A stretch of DNA of 64,000 nt from Cyanobacteria bacterium P01_F01_bin.150 (GCA_039189765.1 JBCCYL010000002.1:117768-181767), one strand, 5' to 3'; shown: positions 40,482 to 49,549, numbered from the stretch's first letter. Program-made: numbers and translations. The notes: generated by a model from the sequence alone, not told the origin.

Positions 40482-41333
40482 ATGGTTGTTTTCATCCCCA
40501 AAAAACGAACGCACACCGACCAGCGCTTTTTTGAAGCCTTGGGGAATAACCAACGATTGGAAATGGTGTTAATTCAGGAGGGAACCTTTACGATGGGATC
40601 TCCTGATAATGAGGAAAAACGCAGAGATGCGGAAGGTCCACAGCGTGAGGTAACGGTTTCAACTTTTCTGATGGGCCGTTATCCCGTGACCCAATCCCAG
40701 TGGCGGCAAGTGTCTAAATTTGACCCCGTTGACCCGGATATTGAATTTCCCCCTAATCCATCTCGCTTCAAGAATAAGCAAGATAGCGATCATCGTCCGG
40801 TGGAGCAGGTGAATTGGCATCAGGCCAATGAGTTCTGTGCTCGCCTCAATCAGTTTCTTGAATCCCGCTCCAGCACTCCATTGAATCGAGCCTATCGCTT
40901 ACCGTCCGAAGCAGAGTGGGAATATGCTTGTCGAGCTGGAACTACCACTCCTTTTTATTGCGGCGAAACCATCTCCACAGACGTCGCCAATTATGATGGC
41001 AACTACACCTACGGTAGAGGGCCAAAAGGCCGATATCGAGAAGAAACTACCCCTGTCGGCTCTTTGGAGTCTGGCAATTCCTGGGGACCGTGTGATATGC
41101 ATGGCAATGTTTGGGAATGGTGCCAAGACCACTGGCATGAAAATTACAAGTATGCCCCCCTCGATGGCAGTGCATGGCTGGAGAACACCCCACAAAGTGA
41201 GAATAGGCGGGTGAACCGTGGCGGGTCTTGGCTCGCTCGTCCATGGTTCTGTCGGTCTGCCTGTCGCAACCGCTACCACCCCGACGGTCGCGACGCCTAT
41301 CTTGGTTTTCGTGTTGTTCTCGCCCCCCAATGA
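40482..41333 (+). CDS. Stand-alone FGE-sulfatase/CLec protein; putative DGR target 3
   Basis: ATG at 40482 with an upstream GGAG (the ORF-track extension to 40290 runs through a REP); LEMVLI..GTFTMGS, RLPSEAEWEYACRA and GFRVVLAPQ. Confidence 0.9.
   Translation: MVVFIPKKRTHTDQRFFEALGNNQRLEMVLIQEGTFTMGSPDNEEKRRDAEGPQREVTVSTFLMGRYPVTQSQWRQVSKFDPVDPDIEFPPNPSRFKNKQDSDHRPVEQVNWHQANEFCARLNQFLESRSSTPLNRAYRLPSEAEWEYACRAGTTTPFYCGETISTDVANYDGNYTYGRGPKGRYREETTPVGSLESGNSWGPCDMHGNVWEWCQDHWHENYKYAPLDGSAWLENTPQSENRRVNRGGSWLARPWFCRSACRNRYHPDGRDAYLGFRVVLAPQ
41217..41333 (+). repeat. Putative DGR variable region VR3
   Basis: 117-bp homologous block. Confidence 0.75.
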
Positions 41334-41439
41334 TTCCCCTTTGCCATCTGCTTTTTTGCCTTTCGCTTTCTTCAAGAAATATTCAGTTAAACCTTTCGAT
41401 AAATTAACTAGAAATTATTCAGAGTAAAATCCTTCGCCG

Positions 41440-42297
41440 ATGGTTTCCTCCCCTCCCACCGAATCCAATCCCAAATGCCATATTGACCGAGAACCGATTG
41501 AGGTGATATCGGTTCAGCAGCCGTTAAATAACGACGTGAGTTTGGTCTTGGTGCAGATTCCAGAGGGGGATTTTATGATGGGGTCCCCAGAAGATGAACT
41601 CGAACGAAGCGATGCAGAAGGGCCGCAGCACCCGGTGCATATTCAGGAATTTTGGATGGGGCAATATCCCGTAACCCAGGCAGAATGGCGCATTGTGGCC
41701 AGCTATCGCAAAGTAAACCATGACTTAGCGGCTGCCCCCTCCGAATTCAAAGGAGATCGATTGCCCGTCGAGAACGTGTCTTGGGATGATGCGGTGGAGT
41801 TTTGTCAGCGCCTCTCCCAAAACACCGGATTGAACTATCGCCTCCCCACCGAAGCCGAATGGGAATACGCCTGTCGAGCTAAAACCACAACCCCCTTCCA
41901 TTTTGGCAAAACCATCACCACTGAGTATGCCAACTATCGAGGAACCGATGATGAGTATGGAAATTCTGGTTCCTATGGGGGTGGCCCCAAAGGGGGCTAT
42001 CGAGAGGAAACAACTTCTGTAGGCTCCTTTGAGGTCACTAACCACTTTGGCCTTGCCGATATGCACGGCAATGTGTGGGAGTGGTGCCAGGACCACTGGC
42101 ATGACAACTATAAGGATGCCCCCTCCGATGGCAGTGCTTGGCTGGGCAACACCCCACAAAGTATTAATATGCGTGTAATTCGTGGCGGGTCTTGGCTCGA
42201 TCGTCCATGGTACTGTCGGTCTGCCTATCGTGGCCGCAACCCCCCCGGCCTTCGCCACCTCAATCTTGGTTTTCGTGTAGTTCTTGCCCCCCAATGA
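41440..42297 (+). CDS. Stand-alone FGE-sulfatase/CLec protein; putative DGR target 4
   Basis: FMMGSPEDE, RLPTEAEWEYACRA, DMHGNVWEW, RGGSW and GFRVVLAPQ. Confidence 0.9.
   Translation: MVSSPPTESNPKCHIDREPIEVISVQQPLNNDVSLVLVQIPEGDFMMGSPEDELERSDAEGPQHPVHIQEFWMGQYPVTQAEWRIVASYRKVNHDLAAAPSEFKGDRLPVENVSWDDAVEFCQRLSQNTGLNYRLPTEAEWEYACRAKTTTPFHFGKTITTEYANYRGTDDEYGNSGSYGGGPKGGYREETTSVGSFEVTNHFGLADMHGNVWEWCQDHWHDNYKDAPSDGSAWLGNTPQSINMRVIRGGSWLDRPWYCRSAYRGRNPPGLRHLNLGFRVVLAPQ
42181..42297 (+). repeat. Putative DGR variable region VR4
   Basis: 117-bp homologous block. Confidence 0.75.
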
Positions 42298-42511
42298 CTG
42301 GGCTGCGCACTCTGGGGCTTCTTAACGGAGGCGTATTTATGCAAGATCGCTGCCCGGAACCCACCACCCCTAGCCCCTCCAAGGAGGGGAACCGGAACGT
42401 AGCCCAAGTCTCTATCTACCTCCGGCTCTCTTGGGAGGGGTTGGGGGTGGGTCAGTCGAGACCCTGGCTGCGAATGAGGGAATTAGGCATAAGGGATAAC
42501 TTACTCATAAC

Positions 42512-43726
42512 TTACTCATAACTTACTAATAGCTCTAATCCCTTCGCTCCACGCAGTCGAAAATGGTTTAGAACTTGGGGATTTTGAATACCCAACTCTG
42601 CGACAAAATCAGTTTCTCCAGTACTGGTTTCCTCAAAATAAGCTGCTGCCGGGGCATCGCCATCTAAAAACTGAATCACCGCATTGGGGCCATACTTTTG
42701 CTTTGCAACCTTTAAAGCATCATGCATTAGTAACGAGGGGGTAATCATCGAACCCAAATATTCTTTCGTTTGGTCATCAAAAATACGCAGTCCTCTGGCG
42801 ACAGATTGGGTTTCGTGGAACAAAAACGGTCCGCCGCGTCGCCCACCACCCCTCTCAAATACCGCTTCAATATCATCAGGGTGGCGGATAACACCATGGG
42901 TATCAATCGTAAAGGCCACAACATCTGGCCGTTGTTCCAGGTGTTCTAGCTCTGGCCGAATCTGTTGTTTAATGCTCTCTAACTTCTCATCAGGCATTTC
43001 CCCAGCCCCTTCAAGATGACTAAAATCCAAGTACTCTATACGACCATCCTGATACGTCACAATCCCTGACAACAAAATATTAGGCGCAGACTGACCTGAA
43101 TTATCAGACGATCGATAAATGGGTAGCTCTTCCCCCTGATTTTGGGATAAACGATTCGGGTTGAAGTAGTGATAGCTCAACGCTGTAGCAGCTTTGGTGC
43201 CCGGCTCAAAGCCCTTAAACGTAGTGCCAAAGATGCCGAGCACTTGCCCGCCCGTACGTTCAATTTCAGCCTGAACGGTTTTATAGCTATGCTCTTCTAG
43301 TAGGGGTAGAAGTAGGGTGTTATTGCCTGGTTCTATAGTAATCGTGGGACCTTGCGCATACCAATTGAGCGGGGTATCAGCCATCACTGGCCGGCCATCA
43401 ACTTTGAGATATTCAGGACCGGGGGCAATTTGGTAGGCATGGCCATTTTTATCCAGCACAATCCGTGGACGTCCACTGCTTTGTACGGATTGAACCGTCA
43501 CGGTCCGAATAATCCGTTCCCAGTCGGGGTCAAAATCATAAAAAGATAGGGGGAATGATTCTTCTTCCAGTAGTAAAGACGGTGAGTCTAAATCTTGATA
43601 GTCTACCGGGTCCGACATCAGCCGAAACTGAGCGGTTTCAACCACAATGGCTTGAGTCCCTGCACAATTAGATAATAGGACGGATGCCCCCAACAGAACC
43701 GACAATTTCCCAAATGAAACAGACAT
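42512..43726 (-). CDS. Hypothetical lipoprotein
   Basis: Signal peptide with LSNC lipobox-like motif; no family recognised. Confidence 0.6.
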   Translation of the reverse strand: MSVSFGKLSVLLGASVLLSNCAGTQAIVVETAQFRLMSDPVDYQDLDSPSLLLEEESFPLSFYDFDPDWERIIRTVTVQSVQSSGRPRIVLDKNGHAYQIAPGPEYLKVDGRPVMADTPLNWYAQGPTITIEPGNNTLLLPLLEEHSYKTVQAEIERTGGQVLGIFGTTFKGFEPGTKAATALSYHYFNPNRLSQNQGEELPIYRSSDNSGQSAPNILLSGIVTYQDGRIEYLDFSHLEGAGEMPDEKLESIKQQIRPELEHLEQRPDVVAFTIDTHGVIRHPDDIEAVFERGGGRRGGPFLFHETQSVARGLRIFDDQTKEYLGSMITPSLLMHDALKVAKQKYGPNAVIQFLDGDAPAAAYFEETSTGETDFVAELGIQNPQVLNHFRLRGAKGLELLVSYE

Positions 43727-43846
43727 AAACTAGCTCAATCCTTGGAATTCGACGTGCTACTAATAGCTATCTCTGGCCCTTGGGTAGATATTCAAAAAAC
43801 AGCCAAAGGCTGGGAATGAGAGGTAGGTGCGATCGCCTCTTCTCTC

Positions 43847-43960
43847 CTGGTGCCCAGACTCCAGCTGGGTGCCCAAGACGAGCCAGAGTCTCGTCTGCCT
43901 TCTGCCTGGATGTGGAGCCAGAGTCTCCAAGCAGATTCCCAGACTACGGCTGGGAATGAG
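43847..43960. repeat. REP/REPIN-like element
   Basis: CTGGTGCCCAGACTCCAGCTGGGTG...TTCCCAGACTACGGCTGGGAATGAG. Confidence 0.8.
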
Positions 43961-43980
43961 GGATTGTTTGCTTTCTGATG

Positions 43981-44748
43981 TCAAACTTCGGTGTTCAGGC
44001 GTCTATAAGCAAGTACCCCCAAGAGCAGCAGCGTCACTGCAACCGCAGTTATCCAAATCGTTGGAGAATCGGGATGCCGCAGGGCGATCGCCCCATAGGC
44101 CCAAGCAAACACCAAAATAAACGCCACATCCCTAAATCCCACCGCAATAAAGCTAGCGACCACACCGCCCACCACCAACATAATCGCAGTCCAGACCGCG
44201 CCACTAATGCCCCAGCCACTCCACTCAGCTGCATACAATGCACTGGCAACATTTACGATAGTGGCCACTGAAATCCACGCCGTGTAGATACTAAAGGGAA
44301 TCTGCTCCAGCCAGCGCCGCTTTGTGGACAGTCGCACCTCGCCAACGCCAAGCTTACGGTAAATCAGCAGCAGCGGCACTAAAATCGCCAGCATCATCAC
44401 CACCGAAAGGGCAAACAGCTTTAGGGTAAAGCAGAAAATCCAGAAAACTTGGGCAATACATGCCGTAATCAGCAGGCTATTGATCCGCCAGAATTTAGGA
44501 TTTCGCTGCTGGGTCGGCCCCAGTTGATAAATACCGTAGGCAATTAGCTCAACATAAATTAGGCCCCAAATAATAAACGCGTAGTTCGCAGGCGTAATTA
44601 ATACCCCAGACAGTACCGTATTGGCTATTGTCCCTACGTTTTGGCCACCCAAGGGAAAGATATTCGACAGGGTGTTAACCGCTAATGTGGCGATAATGGC
44701 AAGAAGAGTGGCGATCGCCAGTCCCTGCCTAGGTTCAGAATTCTGCAT
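43981..44748 (-). CDS. Tryptophan-rich sensory (TspO/MBR-like) membrane protein
   Basis: ITPANYAFIIWGLIY and PFSIYTAWISVATIVN; multiple transmembrane segments. Confidence 0.75.
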   Translation of the reverse strand: MQNSEPRQGLAIATLLAIIATLAVNTLSNIFPLGGQNVGTIANTVLSGVLITPANYAFIIWGLIYVELIAYGIYQLGPTQQRNPKFWRINSLLITACIAQVFWIFCFTLKLFALSVVMMLAILVPLLLIYRKLGVGEVRLSTKRRWLEQIPFSIYTAWISVATIVNVASALYAAEWSGWGISGAVWTAIMLVVGGVVASFIAVGFRDVAFILVFAWAYGAIALRHPDSPTIWITAVAVTLLLLGVLAYRRLNTEV

Positions 44749-44850
44749 AATCTCATCAAAAATATCACCCAGCACGTTGGGATAGCTTAAAGCATTACCC
44801 AGTGCCAGGCTCAAAATGTAAGTTGAAGTCCGAACCACAATACCTCACTA

Positions 44851-45690
44851 TTAAGTAGAGGTGTCAACCTCTGAATATGTCTGGGCTACCCCTCTCAGCC
44901 AGTTAATCGCTTGATGTCTCTCCCTTGCGATGCTTTGACATTGATAGAAACGATCGGCAGGTGCTCGCGAGATGGGGACATTGTCAATTGCCAAATCATC
45001 GTCTGAGAACGATATGCCATCGACTTTCAAGGGTCCAAACCATGCTGTTTCTGCAAATACTCGGAAATTCATCGCCTGCCGACGGATGGCAAAGTCGCGG
45101 ATGCGCCAATGTACGGCCAGTTGCATGTCTGAGAATCGGTCCAGCTTATCTGCGCTGCGTAACGTCAACGCCTGAGCACGGTGTTTTGCATCATCTTCAA
45201 GCAGAAAAAGAGAATTAGCAACCTCGGCTGGATCGACCATTTGATCATGTTGAGGCATCTCGATCGCATTTAAGCTCCAAGCAAGGACCGCCAATCCTTC
45301 AGAACGCCACAGTCCATTGGCCACCGTTTGAGGATCAAGTGAGCCAATGTCAGCTTCCATCATTCCACGTTCCGATGGTTCTAACTCTGAATAGAGTTCC
45401 ATTGTGCTAATCCAATGTATGAGCCGAGCATAGAGACGCTCTGCCTCTATCGGATCATCAAGCGTCTCAACAAATGAACGACTGACAACAGCACCAATGG
45501 CCCAAGCCCTACGTTGAACTCGCGTTTCAGAAGGCCGTCCAATCTCCAAATCTTTTTCCACGCTCTTTTCCTCTGCAATGCCATTATGATCTGAGGCGCA
45601 GTTGCGGAGCACTCCATGTCTCACAACGGCGTTAAGGATTTTCCGGCTTAAGTTATCGTTATTTCCGGAGAATTTATTGAGGATGCACAA
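44851..45690 (-). CDS. DUF4272-like protein
   Basis: LEPSER, WRSEGL.VLAW.L, HWRIRD and ERHQAINWL...Y.EVDTST. Confidence 0.7.
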   Translation of the reverse strand: MCILNKFSGNNDNLSRKILNAVVRHGVLRNCASDHNGIAEEKSVEKDLEIGRPSETRVQRRAWAIGAVVSRSFVETLDDPIEAERLYARLIHWISTMELYSELEPSERGMMEADIGSLDPQTVANGLWRSEGLAVLAWSLNAIEMPQHDQMVDPAEVANSLFLLEDDAKHRAQALTLRSADKLDRFSDMQLAVHWRIRDFAIRRQAMNFRVFAETAWFGPLKVDGISFSDDDLAIDNVPISRAPADRFYQCQSIARERHQAINWLRGVAQTYSEVDTST

Positions 45691-46054
45691 TCATGATATT
45701 GAGAGTACCCAGTAAATCTTTTGGATTTAAAGTTAGGGTGCAATAATTTCTAGATATAAGTTGCCTTGTCGAGGGCCAATTCGTAATTATTGGCTCCTCC
45801 AAAGTCAAGATTTTTGAGTTGCTCAAAGTATGTCGATCCGTAACTTTACAGGGCAAAACCCGCTGATTTTCCTGGGGGTTACCCCGATTGCATCAGTGCT
45901 GCTTTATAACGGTGCGTAACCTTACGGGGAAGAATCGCGATCGCTCCCATTTCATTGGGCATAATGGGGAGTGCTAATACTGAGTGCCAATACTGAAGGA
46001 TGAATTACCATTCAGTCTACCCTTGAGTCAGGCCCGCACACCCCAGGTTTAGAC

Positions 46055-48700
46055 ATGATTACAGAAGAGTTACACTCGCAACTCGATTGGCAACAGCCGC
46101 CCCTGAGCTGGTTGTCCCCTGAACAACAAAAGCAAGTAGAAGCCCACGCCACCCCCCAGCGTTTTAAGTTAGGGGAGGTGATTTGGGATACGGATAAAAC
46201 TGAGCATCAGTTTTTAATTTTGTCCGGTAATGTCCGACTAATGCCCGATGGTGGTAGTCCTATTCTGCTGAAAGCGGGGGATTGGTTTGGGGCATTGCCA
46301 CAGTTGAGCGATCGATGGAAAGCCCGTGGTGCCAGCAAAGAAGTCGTGGTCGTTCAATGGCCAGCCCAAATCTGGACCGATATGCTTGACGATCGTTTGC
46401 AGCAGTCCCAAAAAGGTCGCAATGGACGTAATGGTCGCAATGGTGACAATACTGCCAATGGTCGCAATGGTCATAATGGAGTTGCCAGTGGAAACATCAT
46501 TGATTCGTCTCAGTCCCTAAAGCGCTATTGGACAACGTTGCGATCGCGCTACCAGCCCAACTTTTCTGACGCCCCCCAGCCCGTCGATGGTTATCCCTTT
46601 GTGGCCGGAGTCAATACCGCTGCCGCCTGCTTGACCATGCTCTCCCAGCATTTTGGCACCCCAGTACAGCTAGAGTGGATGCAGCGACAGCTCCGCAGTC
46701 AGCGACCTCGCCATGTCATTGACGGATCCGAAAAAGTAGGGCTGCAAATACGGCGGTTACTGGTTGCCACCTGGGACGACCTGAGGCAAATTACCTTACC
46801 AGGGCTTACCCTATGGCAGGGAGAACGATGGGTGGTGGTCTACGAAGCGCGGGGCGATCGCCTCGTGATTGCTGACCCGATCAATCCCGACTACGTTTGT
46901 GAAAGCGTGCCCCGTGAGGTGGTGCAAGAAAACTGGGACGGAGAGCTGTGGCAGGTTGAGCTAGTTAAAAAGCAGGACAAATTTAACCTAAGCTGGTTTT
47001 TGCCAGCGGTGATGCGCTATAAAGGCCTGCTATTTGAGGTGTTGGTGGCCTCCTTTACCCTGCAGCTATTGGGATTAACCACCCCGATCCTGACCCAGGT
47101 GGTAATCGATAAGGTCATGGTGCAGCAGAGCATTCCAACGCTGGATGTAATTGCGATCGCCATGCTCGGCGTTGCCACCTTTGAGGCGATTCTGGGCATC
47201 CTGCGCATGTTTATCTTTACCCACACCACCAATCGCCTAGACCTTAGCCTTTCCGCCCAGCTTTTCCGCCATCTGCTGCGTCTGCCCCTGTCCTACTTTG
47301 AAGCCCGGCGTGTCGGGGATACCGTGGCCCGAGTGCAGGAGCTAGAGGAAATCCGCCAGTTTCTCACTAGCACTGCCCTTACCGTAGTTTTAGACAGTAT
47401 CTTTAGCGTCATCTATTTATTGGTGATGCTTTACTACAGCCCTAAACTAACAGGCGTGGCCCTGGCGGTGATTCCCCTATTTGCTATTCTTACCCTTACC
47501 GCTACACCGATCCTGCGCAACTGGCTCAACGAAACTTTTAACCGCAGCGCCGATAGTCAGTCTTTCCTGGTGGAAACGGTAACGGGCATCCATACGGTAA
47601 AGGCCCACGCCGCTGAAAAGGCAACGCGCGATCGCTGGGAAGGTCTCTATGCGCGATTTATTCGCACCGGATTTAAGGCCAACACCACCGCCAATATCAG
47701 CAACAATATTGGTAATTTTCTTACCAGCTTCTCCAGTCTGCTGCTGCTTTGGGTGGGAGCACATCTGGTCATCAAGCAGGAATTTACCATCGGTCAGCTT
47801 ATTGCCTTCCAAATGCTTTCCGCTCGGGTCACCGGGCCATTGCTACGTCTGGTGCAGCTCTGGCAAAATCTCCAGGAAGTGTTGCTGGCAGTCGATCGCA
47901 TTGGCGATATCCTTAACGTCCCCCCCGAAGCCGAACAGGGGACGGGTCTGGTACTACCCACCCTACGCGGTGCCGTCACCTTTGACCAGGTCTTTTTTCG
48001 CTACAACCAGGAACAGGACTCTATTCTAAAAGGGGTATCGTTTAAGGTGGACCCAGGCATGTTTGTGGGCCTAGTGGGTCGCAGCGGCTCCGGCAAAAGC
48101 ACCCTTTCTAAGCTAATCCAGCGACTCTACGATACTGAGTCCGGTCGCATTGCCATCGACGGCTTTGATATCAAAAGCGCCGATCTTGCCTCCCTGCGGC
48201 CCCAAATTGCCGTGGTGCTCCAGGATGATTTTCTATTTAATGGCACCGTCCTCGACAATATCACCCTAGGCAGCCATAATGCCGATGCGGAAGACGTGAT
48301 TCGTGCCGCCCAAATGGCGGTGGCCCACGACTTTATTCTTGATCTGCCCCACGGCTATGAAACCAACGTAGGGGAACGGGGCATTGCCCTATCGGGCGGT
48401 CAGCGCCAGCGGATTACCCTAGCCCGGCTATTTCTCTCCCAGGCACCTATTCTGATTTTGGATGAGGCCACTAGCCACTTGGATGCGGAAACGGAACAGC
48501 AGGTGTTGGAGAACTTACGAAGTATATCGAGCGATCGCACTGTCTTCCTAATTGCCCACCGTTTTGCGCCGCTAAAAAATGCCGATCTGATCCTGGCGAT
48601 GGAGAAAGGCGTTGTTGTTGAACGCGGCACCCACGAGTCTTTACTCCGGGATAAAGGACTATATTATTCCCTTTATCAACGACAGCAGGCGTCCGTTTAA
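46055..48700 (+). CDS. HlyB-family type I secretion ABC transporter with cNMP-like and C39-like domains
   Basis: N-terminal cNMP-like region, C39-like AAACLTML, ABC transmembrane domain (QVVIDKV, RRVGD), GRSGSGKST, LSGGQRQR and LDEATS. Confidence 0.92.
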   Translation: MITEELHSQLDWQQPPLSWLSPEQQKQVEAHATPQRFKLGEVIWDTDKTEHQFLILSGNVRLMPDGGSPILLKAGDWFGALPQLSDRWKARGASKEVVVVQWPAQIWTDMLDDRLQQSQKGRNGRNGRNGDNTANGRNGHNGVASGNIIDSSQSLKRYWTTLRSRYQPNFSDAPQPVDGYPFVAGVNTAAACLTMLSQHFGTPVQLEWMQRQLRSQRPRHVIDGSEKVGLQIRRLLVATWDDLRQITLPGLTLWQGERWVVVYEARGDRLVIADPINPDYVCESVPREVVQENWDGELWQVELVKKQDKFNLSWFLPAVMRYKGLLFEVLVASFTLQLLGLTTPILTQVVIDKVMVQQSIPTLDVIAIAMLGVATFEAILGILRMFIFTHTTNRLDLSLSAQLFRHLLRLPLSYFEARRVGDTVARVQELEEIRQFLTSTALTVVLDSIFSVIYLLVMLYYSPKLTGVALAVIPLFAILTLTATPILRNWLNETFNRSADSQSFLVETVTGIHTVKAHAAEKATRDRWEGLYARFIRTGFKANTTANISNNIGNFLTSFSSLLLLWVGAHLVIKQEFTIGQLIAFQMLSARVTGPLLRLVQLWQNLQEVLLAVDRIGDILNVPPEAEQGTGLVLPTLRGAVTFDQVFFRYNQEQDSILKGVSFKVDPGMFVGLVGRSGSGKSTLSKLIQRLYDTESGRIAIDGFDIKSADLASLRPQIAVVLQDDFLFNGTVLDNITLGSHNADAEDVIRAAQMAVAHDFILDLPHGYETNVGERGIALSGGQRQRITLARLFLSQAPILILDEATSHLDAETEQQVLENLRSISSDRTVFLIAHRFAPLKNADLILAMEKGVVVERGTHESLLRDKGLYYSLYQRQQASV

Positions 48701-48815
48701 TGATCTGATGGAGAGGTGTTGTGATAAGTTCTATCGGCGTGCAATACAGCTGCATAATGCTGATTTTTTCCAAGAGCCTTTTAAAATTACCAGCTATGCG
48801 CGTCCTAGCAGTGCC

Positions 48816-49139
48816 CTAAGCTATCGTAATAGTCTCGACTTTAATATTAACCTTCAAGGTTTTACGTAACACATTAAAAATCTGGGTTAGATTCTCCATG
48901 CTAGGGTTGCCGTTCATTGCTAACATCTCGTGCAAATGAGTATTTGACGTTTCAATTTCTAACGCGAGCTGATCAAGCCCAATTGTTGCCTTAACTAGGT
49001 CACGGAGGACTAATCGCGCGGTTTCTGGTTCACCATTGAGGAAAAGAGCGATCGCCTCTTCCAATAGGGCAACTGCAAATTCTGAATCAGTTTCCACTCG
49101 CTGATGCACAGTTTCTCGAAAATCTCGTGTCAGTGTCAT
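48816..49139 (-). CDS. Addiction module antidote / HTH antitoxin
   Basis: MTLTRDFRETV..R...D.EFA.ALL and GNPSMENL; downstream of a RelE-like toxin. Confidence 0.8.
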   Translation of the reverse strand: MTLTRDFRETVHQRVETDSEFAVALLEEAIALFLNGEPETARLVLRDLVKATIGLDQLALEIETSNTHLHEMLAMNGNPSMENLTQIFNVLRKTLKVNIKVETITIA

Positions 49140-49144
49140 AGCAT

Positions 49145-49549
49145 TTAACCTTCCTTATCCTCTGATGCACGCAGCAATGATTTGTCAGATTCTTCTTTTT
49201 TCCGCTTTTTGTACTCTTGCAATAGTCGCTTGGCTTTCTCGATATCCGCTTGTTGCCGTTTTTTAGTGCCACCACCGAATAAGATGATTAACTCTTTGCC
49301 ATCTTGTGCCAGATAAATGCGATACCCTGGTCCCCAATTGATCCGATATTCTCCGATACCATCGAACCATTTAACGTTTGAGACATTGCCCAACTCTAAA
49401 CGGGAAATCGCCACTGTCACCTTCGCGGCGGCGATCGCATTCAGCCCATCAAACCACCTTGCATAGGGACTCGAACCATCTGCCCTAATATATTCTGAAA
49501 TTCTCACATACTTTATCGTAGCAAAGAAGGATCTCCCTCTCACAATCAC
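49145..49549 (-). CDS. Type II toxin, RelE/ParE family (addiction module killer)
   Basis: GSSPYARWF, RLELGN, EYRINWGPGYRIY and GGTKKRQQADI. The start is probably near 49507. Confidence 0.88.
   Translation of the reverse strand: MIVRGRSFFATIKYVRISEYIRADGSSPYARWFDGLNAIAAAKVTVAISRLELGNVSNVKWFDGIGEYRINWGPGYRIYLAQDGKELIILFGGGTKKRQQADIEKAKRLLQEYKKRKKEESDKSLLRASEDKEG

Noticed and set aside
41725..42294. Antisense ORFs over the FGE genes (also 40899-41375)
   Set aside because: Shadow frames of the conserved coding strand
38971..42297. One of the four 117-bp blocks being the DGR template repeat
   Set aside because: All four are in-frame gene ends and none has adenines at most variable positions; no RT or avd gene is visible in the window
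39159..42297. True formylglycine-generating enzymes
   Set aside because: The FGE core motif with two catalytic cysteines is not evident (only CRSA), the site is hypervariable, and no sulfatase is nearby
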